A stretch of DNA of 64,000 bases from Candidatus Omnitrophota bacterium (GTDB lineage Bacteria; Omnitrophota; Omnitrophia; Omnitrophales; Aquincolibacteriaceae), in contig PLLJ01000052.1 in the NCBI GenBank assembly GCA_003140935.1, positions 12,642 through 76,641 on the forward strand. The letters are read 5' to 3'. The notes under the pieces were generated by a model that did no database searches, had not been told where the DNA came from, and worked only from the letters and a program-made list of their open reading frames with translations. Positions within the stretch are counted from its first letter, which is position 1, and each line of letters opens with the position of its first letter. The translations under genes and the position numbers were made by a program. Positions 1-11,663 of this stretch are shown one piece after another.

Positions 1-2
1 TC

Positions 3-1899
<1,897 letters not shown>

Positions 1900-2073
1900 C
1901 GCTTCGTGGCTATGAATTCCGGTTGAGAAGGACTGGATGGATGCCGATAACATAGAGGATACGCCGTCCGGTGATTCAGGCAGAAACAAGGACTTTTCCG
2001 GCGGGTCAATAAGCGGAATTTTTTTCGGAGTTTTAAAAGGGCGGTTTCCGAAACAGTGAGCGGGGAATCATCA

Positions 2074-4257
2074 ATGAGCTCGAATTTAGATTCGATTTTG
2101 TCAGAAGCGCTTATGGAACAGGGGATCGTGACACGCGATATCCTGGGACCCCTTCTAAAAAAATCCGGACAGACAGTCGGCGGACTCGGGGCTCTTCTGA
2201 TCCAACAGGGTCTTGTCACGGAAGATGTTGTTTTAAAGATCTATGCCTCTAAACTCAAGCTGGAGAAACTCGAGGGCTCCCAACTCGGGGTCGAAAAAAG
2301 CGCGATCGATCGCGTTCCCTTGAAGATCGCCGAATACTACCGGTTCTTGCCGATCAAACTTGAAAACCGGAAGATGACCGTCGCGGTATCCATCCCTTTC
2401 GATATCAGAACACAAGATGCCGTCCAAACCGTTGTGGGCTACGAAATCGTCATGGTCTTGGCTCGGGAGCAGGATATTCTCGATGGGATCAAGAAGTGGT
2501 ACGGTTTGGGAGCGGGAACGATCGAGAAGATCCTCCAGACGACGACCACCTCGGAAAAGCAGGCAACGGTCACCGCGGAAGCGACCGAAAAAGTAGAAGA
2601 GATCGAAAAGCTTGCCGGAGATGCCTCCGTGATCAAGCTGGTGAACCAGATCCTGATGGATGCGAACCAGAAAAGAGCCACGGACATTCACATTGAACCC
2701 TATCGCGGCAAGGTCAAAGTCCGTTACCGCATTGACGGCGTTCTTTATAACACCAATATGCCTCCCGAGATCAAACAATTTATCCTGTCCATCGCGTCCC
2801 GGATCAAGATCATGGCCAATCTCAACATTATCGAGAAGCGCCTTCCGCAAGACGGTCGCGCCATCGTAAAAATATCGGGTAATACCATTGATCTTCGCGT
2901 TTCGTCCATCCCCACGCCCTCCGGGGAAAGCATCGTGATACGGCTTCTTCCCATGACCCGGCTTTTCAGTCTTGAAAAGTTAGGATTGAGCAAAGAGGAG
3001 ACGGATCTTTTTTCGAAATTGATCGAAAAACCGCACGGCATTATCTTGATCACGGGACCGACCGGGAGCGGTAAATCGACGACACTTTACGCCTGTCTTA
3101 GCATGATCAATACCGATGAACGCAAGATCATCACGATCGAAGATCCGGTTGAATATGAAATGGAAGGCGTCACCCAGATCCAAGTGCTATCCTCGATCGG
3201 TCTTGATTTCGCAAGGGGATTGAGGAGTATTCTGCGCCATGATCCCGACGTGATCATGGTGGGGGAGATCCGGGACTTGGAGACGGCTGAAACCGCAGCG
3301 CGTGTCGCGCTTACGGGACACCTGGTCTTTTCCACACTGCATACCAATGACGCGGCCAGCGGCGTTACCCGGTTGGTGGACATTGGCGTGGAACCTTATT
3401 TGGTCGCCTCGAGCGTGGAGGCCTTTATTGCCCAGCGTTTGGTACGCACGATCTGTGAGCATTGCAAAGAAGAGGACAAGGGAAAACACGATGAGATCAA
3501 AGTGAAGATCGTCAAAGAGCTCGGGTTACCCTCCATGGATGACGTAAAGCTTTACAGGGGAAAGGGTTGTGAGAAATGCAATTCCACGGGATTTTGGGGA
3601 CGTGTTGCCATTTTTGAGATTCTCCTTGTCGACGATTATATACGCGAACTCATCATGAAACGGGTACCTGCCAGCGACATATGCCGTTACGCGATCTCGC
3701 AAGGGATGCATACTCTGAGGCAAAGTGGCTGGCAAAAAGTCATCGCAGGGTACACGACCCCGGAAGAGATCATCGAAGTCGCGCCTGATGAGATCCTGAG
3801 CGAAGAAGAAAAAGCGGCAACCCATCCTTCAGAGGCGGCGTCTCCTGTGTTGAAACCGGAATCCTCGGAAAGTCCTACCTCAGAAGAAAAAGAAGGCCGT
3901 TGGGTAGAGAAACGTGCCTTTATGCGATTGGATGTTAAAGTGAGCATCCGTCATCGGGTCCTGGGCGCCGTGGAACTTGAAAAAAAGAATTTTAAAATAG
4001 ACCAATATGGCGTGACTAAAAATCTGAGTGCCGGTGGACTTGTTTTTGCGTCGCCCGAACAGCCCAAGGTGGGCTCGGTCCTGGAATTGGAAATCGAACT
4101 TCCCCTGGATAAAAACACCATCCGATGCTATGCGAAAACGGTTCGTGTCGTGGAATCGGAAGAAAAAGGGTATTATGACATTTCGTTGTGTTTTCTGGAT
4201 CTTTCCGGAGCCGACCGGGCTAAATTGTCTCAATTCATCCAAGAAGAGGTTACTTGA
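2074..4257 (+). CDS. gspE: GspE/PilB-family secretion ATPase with N-terminal MshEN-like (T2SSE_N) domain and C-terminal PilZ domain
   Basis: Walker A ILITGPTGSGKSTTLYA; Asp/His boxes; tetracysteine CEHC..CEKC. The N-terminus has LGxxLxxxGxLxxxxLxxA-type repeats (GLGALLIQQGLVTEDVVLKIYA). The C-terminal ~150 aa carry PilZ motifs RAFMR (RxxxR) and NLSAGG (D/NxSxGG). An alternative GTG start lies at 2056. Confidence 0.9.
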   Translation: MSSNLDSILSEALMEQGIVTRDILGPLLKKSGQTVGGLGALLIQQGLVTEDVVLKIYASKLKLEKLEGSQLGVEKSAIDRVPLKIAEYYRFLPIKLENRKMTVAVSIPFDIRTQDAVQTVVGYEIVMVLAREQDILDGIKKWYGLGAGTIEKILQTTTTSEKQATVTAEATEKVEEIEKLAGDASVIKLVNQILMDANQKRATDIHIEPYRGKVKVRYRIDGVLYNTNMPPEIKQFILSIASRIKIMANLNIIEKRLPQDGRAIVKISGNTIDLRVSSIPTPSGESIVIRLLPMTRLFSLEKLGLSKEETDLFSKLIEKPHGIILITGPTGSGKSTTLYACLSMINTDERKIITIEDPVEYEMEGVTQIQVLSSIGLDFARGLRSILRHDPDVIMVGEIRDLETAETAARVALTGHLVFSTLHTNDAASGVTRLVDIGVEPYLVASSVEAFIAQRLVRTICEHCKEEDKGKHDEIKVKIVKELGLPSMDDVKLYRGKGCEKCNSTGFWGRVAIFEILLVDDYIRELIMKRVPASDICRYAISQGMHTLRQSGWQKVIAGYTTPEEIIEVAPDEILSEEEKAATHPSEAASPVLKPESSESPTSEEKEGRWVEKRAFMRLDVKVSIRHRVLGAVELEKKNFKIDQYGVTKNLSAGGLVFASPEQPKVGSVLELEIELPLDKNTIRCYAKTVRVVESEEKGYYDISLCFLDLSGADRAKLSQFIQEEVT

Positions 4258-4328
4258 TGACAGAGTTCCGTTCGGAGCCCCGGGCGGAAAAAGATAAAGC
4301 GTATCCCAACCTACTATGAGAACGAAAA

Positions 4329-5591
4329 ATGACGACTTTTAAATATCGAGCAAAAGAAAAACAAGGCCAAACCATCGAAGGATTGATCGAGGCTGCCAGC
4401 GAGGAAGAAGCCGTCGAAAAAGTGAGCCAGCTCGGGCATATCCCGATGCGGGTCGAGCAGACGACTGCCGGAAAAAAGGAAGAAAAAGAGGACATCGTTT
4501 CCGGAGTTTCTTTCGCGGAGCGAATGAAGTCCAAGTCCGGAATGTCTTTGGGAGGAAGGATCAAGGGAAAAGAGATCACGGCTTTCGGAAGACAATTGTC
4601 GAGCCTTATCCGTTCCGGAGTTCCGATCCTTAAGGCGATCGGGATCATTAGCGAACAGTCTGAAAATCCCGTTTTCAAGAAAATGCTGGGCCAGATCTAC
4701 GACGATGTAAAGAACGGAGCACCGTTTTCAAAATCTCTAAGTAAATATCCGGATTTTTTCCCCCCGTTATATATTGCTTTAGTAGCGGCCGGTGAATTCA
4801 GCGGGAATTTGGATCAATCTCTTCTGCGTGTTACGGAATACCGCCAGAAACAAGAGGAGATTCTCTCTCGAGTGCGTTCTTCCCTGATCTATCCGGCGCT
4901 TATGGCCGTTACGGGCACCGGAACGATCATTTTCATGCTGGCTTTTGTGATGCCGCGGCTTTTAGGAGTTTTTGCGCGGATGGGCGGAGAGCTTCCGCTT
5001 CCAACGAAGATACTGATTCAGGTAAGTACGTGGGTCCGGGATCCTTGGGTCTGGGGGATCGCACTCGTGGGTGCCATCTTGGTAATCCTGCGGCTCCGGA
5101 AAAAAAATGCCAAGCAAAGTGTTGCCATGAGCCGCTTTATCCTGGGACTGCCCGTTGTCGGGTCGTTTACGCTCAAGGTCCAGATCGCACGGTTTACACG
5201 GACTCTGGAACTTTTGATCAAGAGCGGCATTGCCATCATTGAGGCGATCCAGACCGCGGCGCCTGTCGTGAGCAGCCCGGTTCTCAGGGATGAGCTTTTC
5301 AAATGTTTGAAGGACATCAAGGAAGGCGGATCTTTCGGGAAGAGTTTAAAAAAATCAAAAAGTTTTCCGAATTTCATGACCAATCTTCTAAGCGTGGGCG
5401 AAGAATCAGGAAAACTTGACGAGGCCTTAGGGGAGATCGCGAACTTTTATGAGCGTGAGTCCGATGAAGCGACCCGTATCATCACATCGCTTATGGAGCC
5501 TCTTATGATCCTGGGGATGGGGCTGGTGGTCGGATTTATCGTGATCGCCATGCTACTTCCCATGTTTGAAATCAACATGATGGTGAAATAG
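4329..5591 (+). CDS. gspF: GspF/PilC-family inner-membrane platform protein
   Basis: 420 aa with two T2SF repeats. Sits immediately downstream of the ATPase gene in the typical E-F order. Confidence 0.9.
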   Translation: MTTFKYRAKEKQGQTIEGLIEAASEEEAVEKVSQLGHIPMRVEQTTAGKKEEKEDIVSGVSFAERMKSKSGMSLGGRIKGKEITAFGRQLSSLIRSGVPILKAIGIISEQSENPVFKKMLGQIYDDVKNGAPFSKSLSKYPDFFPPLYIALVAAGEFSGNLDQSLLRVTEYRQKQEEILSRVRSSLIYPALMAVTGTGTIIFMLAFVMPRLLGVFARMGGELPLPTKILIQVSTWVRDPWVWGIALVGAILVILRLRKKNAKQSVAMSRFILGLPVVGSFTLKVQIARFTRTLELLIKSGIAIIEAIQTAAPVVSSPVLRDELFKCLKDIKEGGSFGKSLKKSKSFPNFMTNLLSVGEESGKLDEALGEIANFYERESDEATRIITSLMEPLMILGMGLVVGFIVIAMLLPMFEINMMVK

Positions 5592-5597
5592 CAAAAC

Positions 5598-6398
5598 ATG
5601 ATGGATCGAAAGAAATTATTTCAAGGATGGGTCATTCTGTTCTCTTGGGCGCTGCTGGTGGCATTGGGTCCGGAAAAGATGCCCTGGGAAGAAATCCGGG
5701 GGGACCATTTTATCGTCTTCCATTTTGGCGATGAGCCTTTCGCTCAAGAGGTACTCAAGAAGGCAGAACAATATTATAAAAAGATCGGTGAAGATCTCGG
5801 GTATGAACGTCGCTCCGGTTTTTGGCAATGGGGCGATAGAGCTAAGATCTACATTTATAAAACAAAAGAGGATTTTCTTAAAAATTCCGGGAAGGCGGAG
5901 TGGTCTGAGGGATATGCCAATTATAATCAAAAGAGCATCGTAAGTTATGAATGGAAAAAAGATTTTTTAGAAGCTCTTTTACCGCACGAAATTACCCACT
6001 TAATATTCCGTGATTATGTGGGATTTCAGGGAGAAGTGCCTATCTGGCTCGACGAGGGAGTGGCGCAGTGGGAAGAGCCCGCAAAACGGAACGTGGTGCG
6101 TTCCATCATGCGAGGCTATCTCGAGACAGGGAGAGGATATGCCCTGGAGGACTTGACGGCCATAGATGTCAGAAATATCTCCGCCCGACCAGCGGTCGAG
6201 ATTTTTTATGTTGAGGCGGCTTCCATCGTCGATTTTTTGATCGCGAAATTCGGTTCGGATAGTTTCATTTTTTTCTGTCGTCAACTCAGGGATGGGAAAA
6301 GCATCGGAGCCGCCTTGCCTTTTGCCTATCCCACCCAAATGCGCACTGTTAAGGAAATGGAGGAAAAATGGAAAACTTACATCAACGGCGCTTCTTAA
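5598..6398 (+). CDS. Membrane-anchored putative zinc metallopeptidase (HExxH...E gluzincin-like)
   Basis: N-terminal hydrophobic segment. HEITH followed about 20 aa later by LDEG, giving HExxH-x19-E spacing. Embedded between gspF and gspG. Confidence 0.5.
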   Translation: MMDRKKLFQGWVILFSWALLVALGPEKMPWEEIRGDHFIVFHFGDEPFAQEVLKKAEQYYKKIGEDLGYERRSGFWQWGDRAKIYIYKTKEDFLKNSGKAEWSEGYANYNQKSIVSYEWKKDFLEALLPHEITHLIFRDYVGFQGEVPIWLDEGVAQWEEPAKRNVVRSIMRGYLETGRGYALEDLTAIDVRNISARPAVEIFYVEAASIVDFLIAKFGSDSFIFFCRQLRDGKSIGAALPFAYPTQMRTVKEMEEKWKTYINGAS

Positions 6399-6802
6399 AG
6401 TCCCGTGCGGGATTCACGCTCATTGAGCTGATGCTGGTCGTGATCATCATTGGAGCGCTTGTGGCGATGGTGTTGCCGCGACTCTCCGGAAGAACGGAGC
6501 AAGCGCGGATCCAGGCGGCGCAGGCTGATATCCGTTCGAATATCGCTACCGCTCTCAAACTTTACGAACTGGATAATGGGTCGTTTCCCTCCACAAGCGA
6601 AGGGCTTAATGCCCTCCTCGCCAAGTCTGGGGATGCACGGAATTGGAACGGGCCTTATTTGGAAAAAAAGCCCATAGACCCTTGGGGGAGGGAGTACAAA
6701 TATGAATGTCCGGGAGGGCACCGGACGCAAGACTACGATCTGTATTCCATAGGGAAAGACGGTCAAAGCGGAACGGCCGATGATATCACCAACTGGGACT
6801 AA
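6368..6802 (+). CDS. gspG: Major pseudopilin GspG
   Basis: Prepilin leader ending ...KSRAG|FTLIELM. GspG C-terminal pattern: GPYL...DPWGREYKYECPGG...YDLYSIGKDGQSGTADDITNWD. Confidence 0.85.
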   Translation: MENLHQRRFLKSRAGFTLIELMLVVIIIGALVAMVLPRLSGRTEQARIQAAQADIRSNIATALKLYELDNGSFPSTSEGLNALLAKSGDARNWNGPYLEKKPIDPWGREYKYECPGGHRTQDYDLYSIGKDGQSGTADDITNWD

Positions 6803-7190
6803 AAAGAGATCGCGGGGTTTTTCCCTGATCGAGGTCTTGATCACAGTGTCCTTGTTGGCTTTGGCGACCGTTTTCATTACCCAGGCCAATTTGCTGAGCG
6901 GTGCCGTGTACGGACGCTATGCCAACAGGTTGGAGGTCCAGAACTGGGCCGCACAGAAGATGTGGGGGATCAAAGAATCCATTCTCGCCGAAGATTTTCC
7001 GGATGTAAGTCCTACCCAGGGAACCGTTGAGGGAAAGACCCGATCCTACCAATGGAAAGCCACTATCGACCAGCAGAAGGAGAAGCTTACCGAACTGTAC
7101 CTTGCTCGCTTAGAAGTTTTGTGGCGGGAGGGCGGTCAGGAGAATCGTCTGGACAGGTATGGGGCCATAATGAAGGTGAGGGACAAGTAA
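6780..7190 (+). CDS. gspI: Minor pseudopilin (GspI-like)
   Basis: Prepilin-type N-terminus RSRG|FSLIEVLITVSLLALA. 136 aa. Overlaps the gspG stop. Confidence 0.55.
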   Translation: MISPTGTKKRSRGFSLIEVLITVSLLALATVFITQANLLSGAVYGRYANRLEVQNWAAQKMWGIKESILAEDFPDVSPTQGTVEGKTRSYQWKATIDQQKEKLTELYLARLEVLWREGGQENRLDRYGAIMKVRDK

Positions 7191-7191
7191 G

Positions 7192-7794
7192 ATGAAAAGG
7201 GAGGCTGGTTTTACTTTGGTGGAATTATTGGTGGTCGTTTCTCTTATGGCGTTGATCGGCATGTCTCTGTACGCCATGTTCGGAAGCGCCATGAATATGA
7301 TGCGCAGGGTCAGTCGTTCCGAAATTGCTGAAGATGTCGGTATTTTTCTTGAGAGGTTCGATCGCGAGATCTCTAGCCAGATTATTTTTAAAGGAATTCC
7401 TTTTAACGGAAAAGAAACGCTTTTGAGTTTCCCGTCTCGCATCGGGTTGGATAAGAGGGTGCCGTTGAATAGGGGGATCGGCCGGGTCAGTTATTTTTTT
7501 GACGAATCACGCCGGGTCTTTGCGCGAAGGCAGGAGAATCTGGGTCAGATCTATAAGCCGGGAGAAGAAGAAAAAGCGACAGCAGTGCTGGAGGGTGTTT
7601 CCGGTTTAAAATTCCAGTATTTTATTTATCGTAAGGCCGAGAAGGTATATGAATGGGTCCCGGAATGGGATTCTTTGGGGAACGGGGGAGAGATTCCTTC
7701 TGCAGTGAAAGTTGAATTCAGTTGTGCCCGGGGAGAGGAGCCGCATGCATTTGAAAGGACCATTGCGATACCCATCGCAGAGATCACGCGGTAG
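7192..7794 (+). CDS. gspJ: Minor pseudopilin (GspJ-like)
   Basis: N-terminus MKREAG|FTLVELLVVVSLMALIG. About 200 aa, typical of GspJ. Confidence 0.55.
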   Translation: MKREAGFTLVELLVVVSLMALIGMSLYAMFGSAMNMMRRVSRSEIAEDVGIFLERFDREISSQIIFKGIPFNGKETLLSFPSRIGLDKRVPLNRGIGRVSYFFDESRRVFARRQENLGQIYKPGEEEKATAVLEGVSGLKFQYFIYRKAEKVYEWVPEWDSLGNGGEIPSAVKVEFSCARGEEPHAFERTIAIPIAEITR

Positions 7795-8851
7795 TTTGCT
7801 TATTGTAACGCTTTGGATGATAGCGATACTCACCATCCTTTCGGTCTCGATAGGCGAGTATGTCCGCCAGAAGATCTCTTTGGCGGACCGGCTCGACCGG
7901 AGGGATTGGCTTTGCGGCGTTTCGGAAGTGGGAATTTCTCAAGTGCTTTACCGGCTCCGGCAGAAAAAAGAAGCCGATGAAGGTTATCATTCTTTGAACG
8001 ATACATATACAAGCGGCAAAAAGGATTTTTCGAATGTTGCGGTGGGAGAGGCCACTTATACGATCTCCTATCCCTACCGGGATACAAAGGGTGGAGAACT
8101 CAAAACCCACTATGGAGTAGAGGATGAGGAAGGAAAGATCAACATCAATATGCTTGATCCCAATGTCCTCAGTACCTTTTTTCAGAAAGTGGGCGGCGCC
8201 GAACAGGAACTAGCGGACATGATAGCCTATAGTGTGGTGGATTGGAGAGATACGGACAATTCGCTTTCACATCCCGAATATGGGGCTGAAGATGATTATT
8301 ACGAGGATTTGGAAATTCCTTACGAATCCAAAGATGAAAAATTCGAATCGATCGAGGAACTGCTTCTTGTTCGCGGCATGACGCCTGAAATTTTTGAGAA
8401 AGTGGAGCCTTTTGTAACGGTCTATGGCGTGGGGGTGGTCAATATCAATACGGCGCCCCGGGAAGTTTTAATAGGGCTTGGGATGGATGAGGTTCTTGCC
8501 GATAAGATCATGCTCTTTCGAACGGGGGCCGACCGGGAACAGGGTACCAAGGATGATAATGTTTTCAATCAAGCCGGGGATTGGGGGGCGGAGCTTGGAA
8601 AGCGCGTGGAACTGACCCCTAACGAAATCAATTTTTTGAACCAGACCGTTGCAACGGGGCGATTTGGGGTTAATTCTCATAATTTTCGCATCCGGAGTCT
8701 TGCGGCAATACCTCGCAAGCAGCAGGCTCTCGAGATCGATGCGATCGCGAATATCGCGGGAAAGATCTTATCATGGTCGGTGGGGGTTCCACGGCGAATG
8801 ACCCCGCTGGAGTTGGGACACGTGGCGCAAAAAAACCGGAATGTGTCATAA
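7745..8851 (+). CDS. gspK: Minor pseudopilin GspK
   Basis: RGSLLIVTLWMIAILTIL N-terminus. GspK hallmarks EGKININMLDPNVL and VNINTAPREVL (helix-hairpin-helix repeats). The ORF tool starts at 7712; the ATG at 7745 is preferred. Confidence 0.8.
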   Translation: MHLKGPLRYPSQRSRGSLLIVTLWMIAILTILSVSIGEYVRQKISLADRLDRRDWLCGVSEVGISQVLYRLRQKKEADEGYHSLNDTYTSGKKDFSNVAVGEATYTISYPYRDTKGGELKTHYGVEDEEGKININMLDPNVLSTFFQKVGGAEQELADMIAYSVVDWRDTDNSLSHPEYGAEDDYYEDLEIPYESKDEKFESIEELLLVRGMTPEIFEKVEPFVTVYGVGVVNINTAPREVLIGLGMDEVLADKIMLFRTGADREQGTKDDNVFNQAGDWGAELGKRVELTPNEINFLNQTVATGRFGVNSHNFRIRSLAAIPRKQQALEIDAIANIAGKILSWSVGVPRRMTPLELGHVAQKNRNVS

Positions 8852-8860
8852 GGAGTAAAT

Positions 8861-10393
8861 GTGAAATTTAACTTTGGACCCATAGGTTCATTTTTTAAGG
8901 GATGGAAGATCCCGTGGCCCCGGGGTGGGCTTTTCAAGGGGAAAAAAGTTTCTGCAGCCGCAGGCGGCGAAGAATGCTTGTGCTTTAACTTGCAGGAACA
9001 AGAAGTCAAATTGACGGTTTTGGCATCGAAAGCTCTCGGGAACAAACAGGTCGAACAGTTTTATAGCGTTAGCAGCATGGGAGTTCCTGAGGAAGAAATG
9101 GGGGATCGTCTTCGTCCTATTATTGGGGGCCTTCATCTCAAACGTCCCAGGGTGATCGGTCTTATTTCCTCCAATGTTGTCGTGACACGAAATATCGAAA
9201 TTCCCTCCCGCGATCCGGAAGAGATCAGTGAGATCCTGAGCCTGCAGGCATCGCGGCATACACCCTATTCCCGGAATGAGATCATTATCGACTATATCAA
9301 CCTGGGTGTTTTCAAAAGCGTTTACACAAAGGTTCTATTCATCATTGTGCCTCGGAACGTTGTCATGAAGTACTACGAACTTGCTTCCCAGCTTAATCTC
9401 CGGATCGAAAAGATAGTCTTTGCTCCGGAGGCCATCGCACGCTTTTTTTGGAAGGACACGAGCCTTGCTAACGAAAGATTCCCGGTCTGTATTCTTCAGG
9501 TCGATTCGACCACTTCCGAATTTTTGATCGTGTTCCATGGTGCGGCTCTTTTCGTTCGCAGTATTTCCATCGGTGCGCGCCATTTTGAAGCAGCCCTAGA
9601 AGGATATTCTGTCCGCTATATCGAGGAACTTAAAAAGTCTTTCGATACCTATCAAAGCGAAAACATTGATCTGATGCCGGCTCATATTATTTTCGGGGGG
9701 GCTACGCAGGGATTGGAGGATCTAGCTTCGTCCATTCGAGAAACTTTCAATATGTCGGTCAAACAAGTTTCAGACCTGGAAGTTCTGCCCGTTTCTCCAG
9801 AATTAAGAGAGCAGCAAGTGGGGCAGAATGTGGCCTTGTTATCGGCGGTTGCACCGGGTCTTCTTGTGGATGACCTGAAGGTGGATCTGAGTTCCGAAGA
9901 AAGTAAATTCAACCGGGTCATGATCGAGCGGTCAAAACAGGTGATCAGTTCCGGGATTTTAACGATGATTCTCCTGGGGTTGTCGTGTTTTTTAGTGGCG
10001 AGCCATATTTACTCAAAAACGGTCCGTCTCCAACAGCTTGAAGCGCGTTATGAACCGATCAAAAAGGAAGCCAGGGTGCTGGAAGATGCTTATGCGAGGG
10101 TCCGCGCTGTCAAAACGTACTTGACGATGCGTGGGACGGCGCTGGAAGTCTTAACGGAGATTTCTTCCCTCATCTCGTCGGACCTTTATCTGACCGATTT
10201 TAAATTCGAAGCAGGCAAGAAGGTCAGCCTCAAGGGGTCTGCGTACGGGAAGCCTTCTATTTTCACATTGGTCGACGAAATGGGGAATTCCGAGCTCTTT
10301 AAAAACGTTGAAACAAAATACATTACGGGGCGTGTCGAGGAGGGAAAAGAGATTTCCGACTTTGAAATTACAGCCTCCCTGAGAAAAGAATGA
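8861..10393 (+). CDS. gspL: GspL-like assembly protein (cytoplasmic PilM/actin-like domain, TM segment, periplasmic PilN-like domain)
   Basis: 510 aa. Single central TM segment (ILTMILLGLSCFLVASHIY). GTG start preceded by AAGGAG. Position between gspK and gspM. Confidence 0.5.
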   Translation: MKFNFGPIGSFFKGWKIPWPRGGLFKGKKVSAAAGGEECLCFNLQEQEVKLTVLASKALGNKQVEQFYSVSSMGVPEEEMGDRLRPIIGGLHLKRPRVIGLISSNVVVTRNIEIPSRDPEEISEILSLQASRHTPYSRNEIIIDYINLGVFKSVYTKVLFIIVPRNVVMKYYELASQLNLRIEKIVFAPEAIARFFWKDTSLANERFPVCILQVDSTTSEFLIVFHGAALFVRSISIGARHFEAALEGYSVRYIEELKKSFDTYQSENIDLMPAHIIFGGATQGLEDLASSIRETFNMSVKQVSDLEVLPVSPELREQQVGQNVALLSAVAPGLLVDDLKVDLSSEESKFNRVMIERSKQVISSGILTMILLGLSCFLVASHIYSKTVRLQQLEARYEPIKKEARVLEDAYARVRAVKTYLTMRGTALEVLTEISSLISSDLYLTDFKFEAGKKVSLKGSAYGKPSIFTLVDEMGNSELFKNVETKYITGRVEEGKEISDFEITASLRKE

Positions 10394-10403
10394 GGAATCT
10401 AAG

Positions 10404-10964
10404 ATGCAACTTATAGACATGAAAAAGCTGGTTGGATTTTTCCAGCATTTGTCGCCGCGGGAAAAGATCATTTTGTATTTGTCGATCATTGCCGTGGTCG
10501 GGGTGGCCGCAGATCAACTTGTCCTGAGCCCCATTCGAAAAAACCTTCAGTCCCTGGATCAGCGAACCCATGATGTGGAGACTAATATCAAGAGAAGTAT
10601 CCATCTCCTTGGCCAAAAAGAGAAAATGATGAAAGAGGCTGAACATTATGCGGCGTATGTATCGCCTTCCAAGTCGTCGGAAGATGGGGTTCTCATACTC
10701 TTGAAGAAGGTCCAGGAACTTGCCAGCCAGGCTTCCGTCAATTTGCTTTACTCAAAACCTGGCGCGGGTGAGACAAAGGAACGCAATGTTTATCGCGTCA
10801 GTCTCGAATGTGAGGGGCAGATGGATCAGCTGATAGGCTTCTTTTATGCTATTGAGAACGCAAAGCTTTTTTGCAGGGTCGAGAAATATTCACTTCAGCC
10901 CACAGCCAAAGGCTCTAGCGTTATTAAATGCACCGCAACCATTTCAATGGCCGGTATTCCCTAA
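10404..10964 (+). CDS. gspM: GspM/PilO-like inner-membrane protein
   Basis: 186 aa. N-terminal TM segment (IILYLSIIAVVGVAA), then a coiled-coil and ferredoxin-like periplasmic part. Operon position after gspL. Confidence 0.5.
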   Translation: MQLIDMKKLVGFFQHLSPREKIILYLSIIAVVGVAADQLVLSPIRKNLQSLDQRTHDVETNIKRSIHLLGQKEKMMKEAEHYAAYVSPSKSSEDGVLILLKKVQELASQASVNLLYSKPGAGETKERNVYRVSLECEGQMDQLIGFFYAIENAKLFCRVEKYSLQPTAKGSSVIKCTATISMAGIP

Positions 10965-11602
10965 GAGACCGTGTTCGGTCTTTTCATCCGGGTTTCCAGC
11001 GCCTGAGCGATAGCGGTTTTCTTCATTTTTCGAAATTCCTCGATCTGCGCCAAAGCGGAATTCCTGTCTCCCCGATCCAGGAAAATGCCGAAAAGAGCAA
11101 GATGCGCTTTATCAAAGGAAGGGTTGAGCGTTAGGGCTTTTTGATAAAAGAGGATCGCTTGATCGTATTGTTTGAGGTTCGTATACACCAATCCCTTCTG
11201 ATATGCCGCATCAAAACTCTTGGAATTGATCGCGAGCGCTTGGTCAAAGGCTTCAAGAGCCTTATCGGAGTCTTTGCGAGCCGAATAAATAAGGCCCAAA
11301 TTATAGAATGAAATATAAGACGGATCATTTTTGGCAGTCAGTTGAGCGTAGGAGAGTCCCTTGTCCAGGTCTCCGGACTCGGCATAGCAAAGGCTGATCA
11401 GGAGGGTTGCCCGGTTGTTTTTGGGGTTTACTTTGAGGACCTTTTGATATTGTTCAATGGCCTCCGCGTATTGTTTTTTGTTCGCCAATTGGTTGCCCTC
11501 TGCGATATAATTAGCCGTATTTTCAGCACAAAGCCATCCGGGGCAGGGCAACATCAACATAAGGGAAGGAATGATCCAAAAAAGTTTCTTTTTCATGTTC
11601 AT
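10961..11602 (-). CDS. TPR-repeat lipoprotein/secreted protein
   Basis: Signal peptide MKKKLFWIIPSLMLMLPCPGWLCAEN. Multiple TPR repeats (AEAIEQYQKVLKVNPKN...). The ORF tool extends it to 11674. Confidence 0.6.
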   Translation of the reverse strand: MNMKKKLFWIIPSLMLMLPCPGWLCAENTANYIAEGNQLANKKQYAEAIEQYQKVLKVNPKNNRATLLISLCYAESGDLDKGLSYAQLTAKNDPSYISFYNLGLIYSARKDSDKALEAFDQALAINSKSFDAAYQKGLVYTNLKQYDQAILFYQKALTLNPSFDKAHLALFGIFLDRGDRNSALAQIEEFRKMKKTAIAQALETRMKRPNTVS

Positions 11603-11663
11603 GGGTAGTCCTTTCTTTGACGCAGAAATGATAGCATACTTTAAAAAACCTGTTGAGCCCAAA

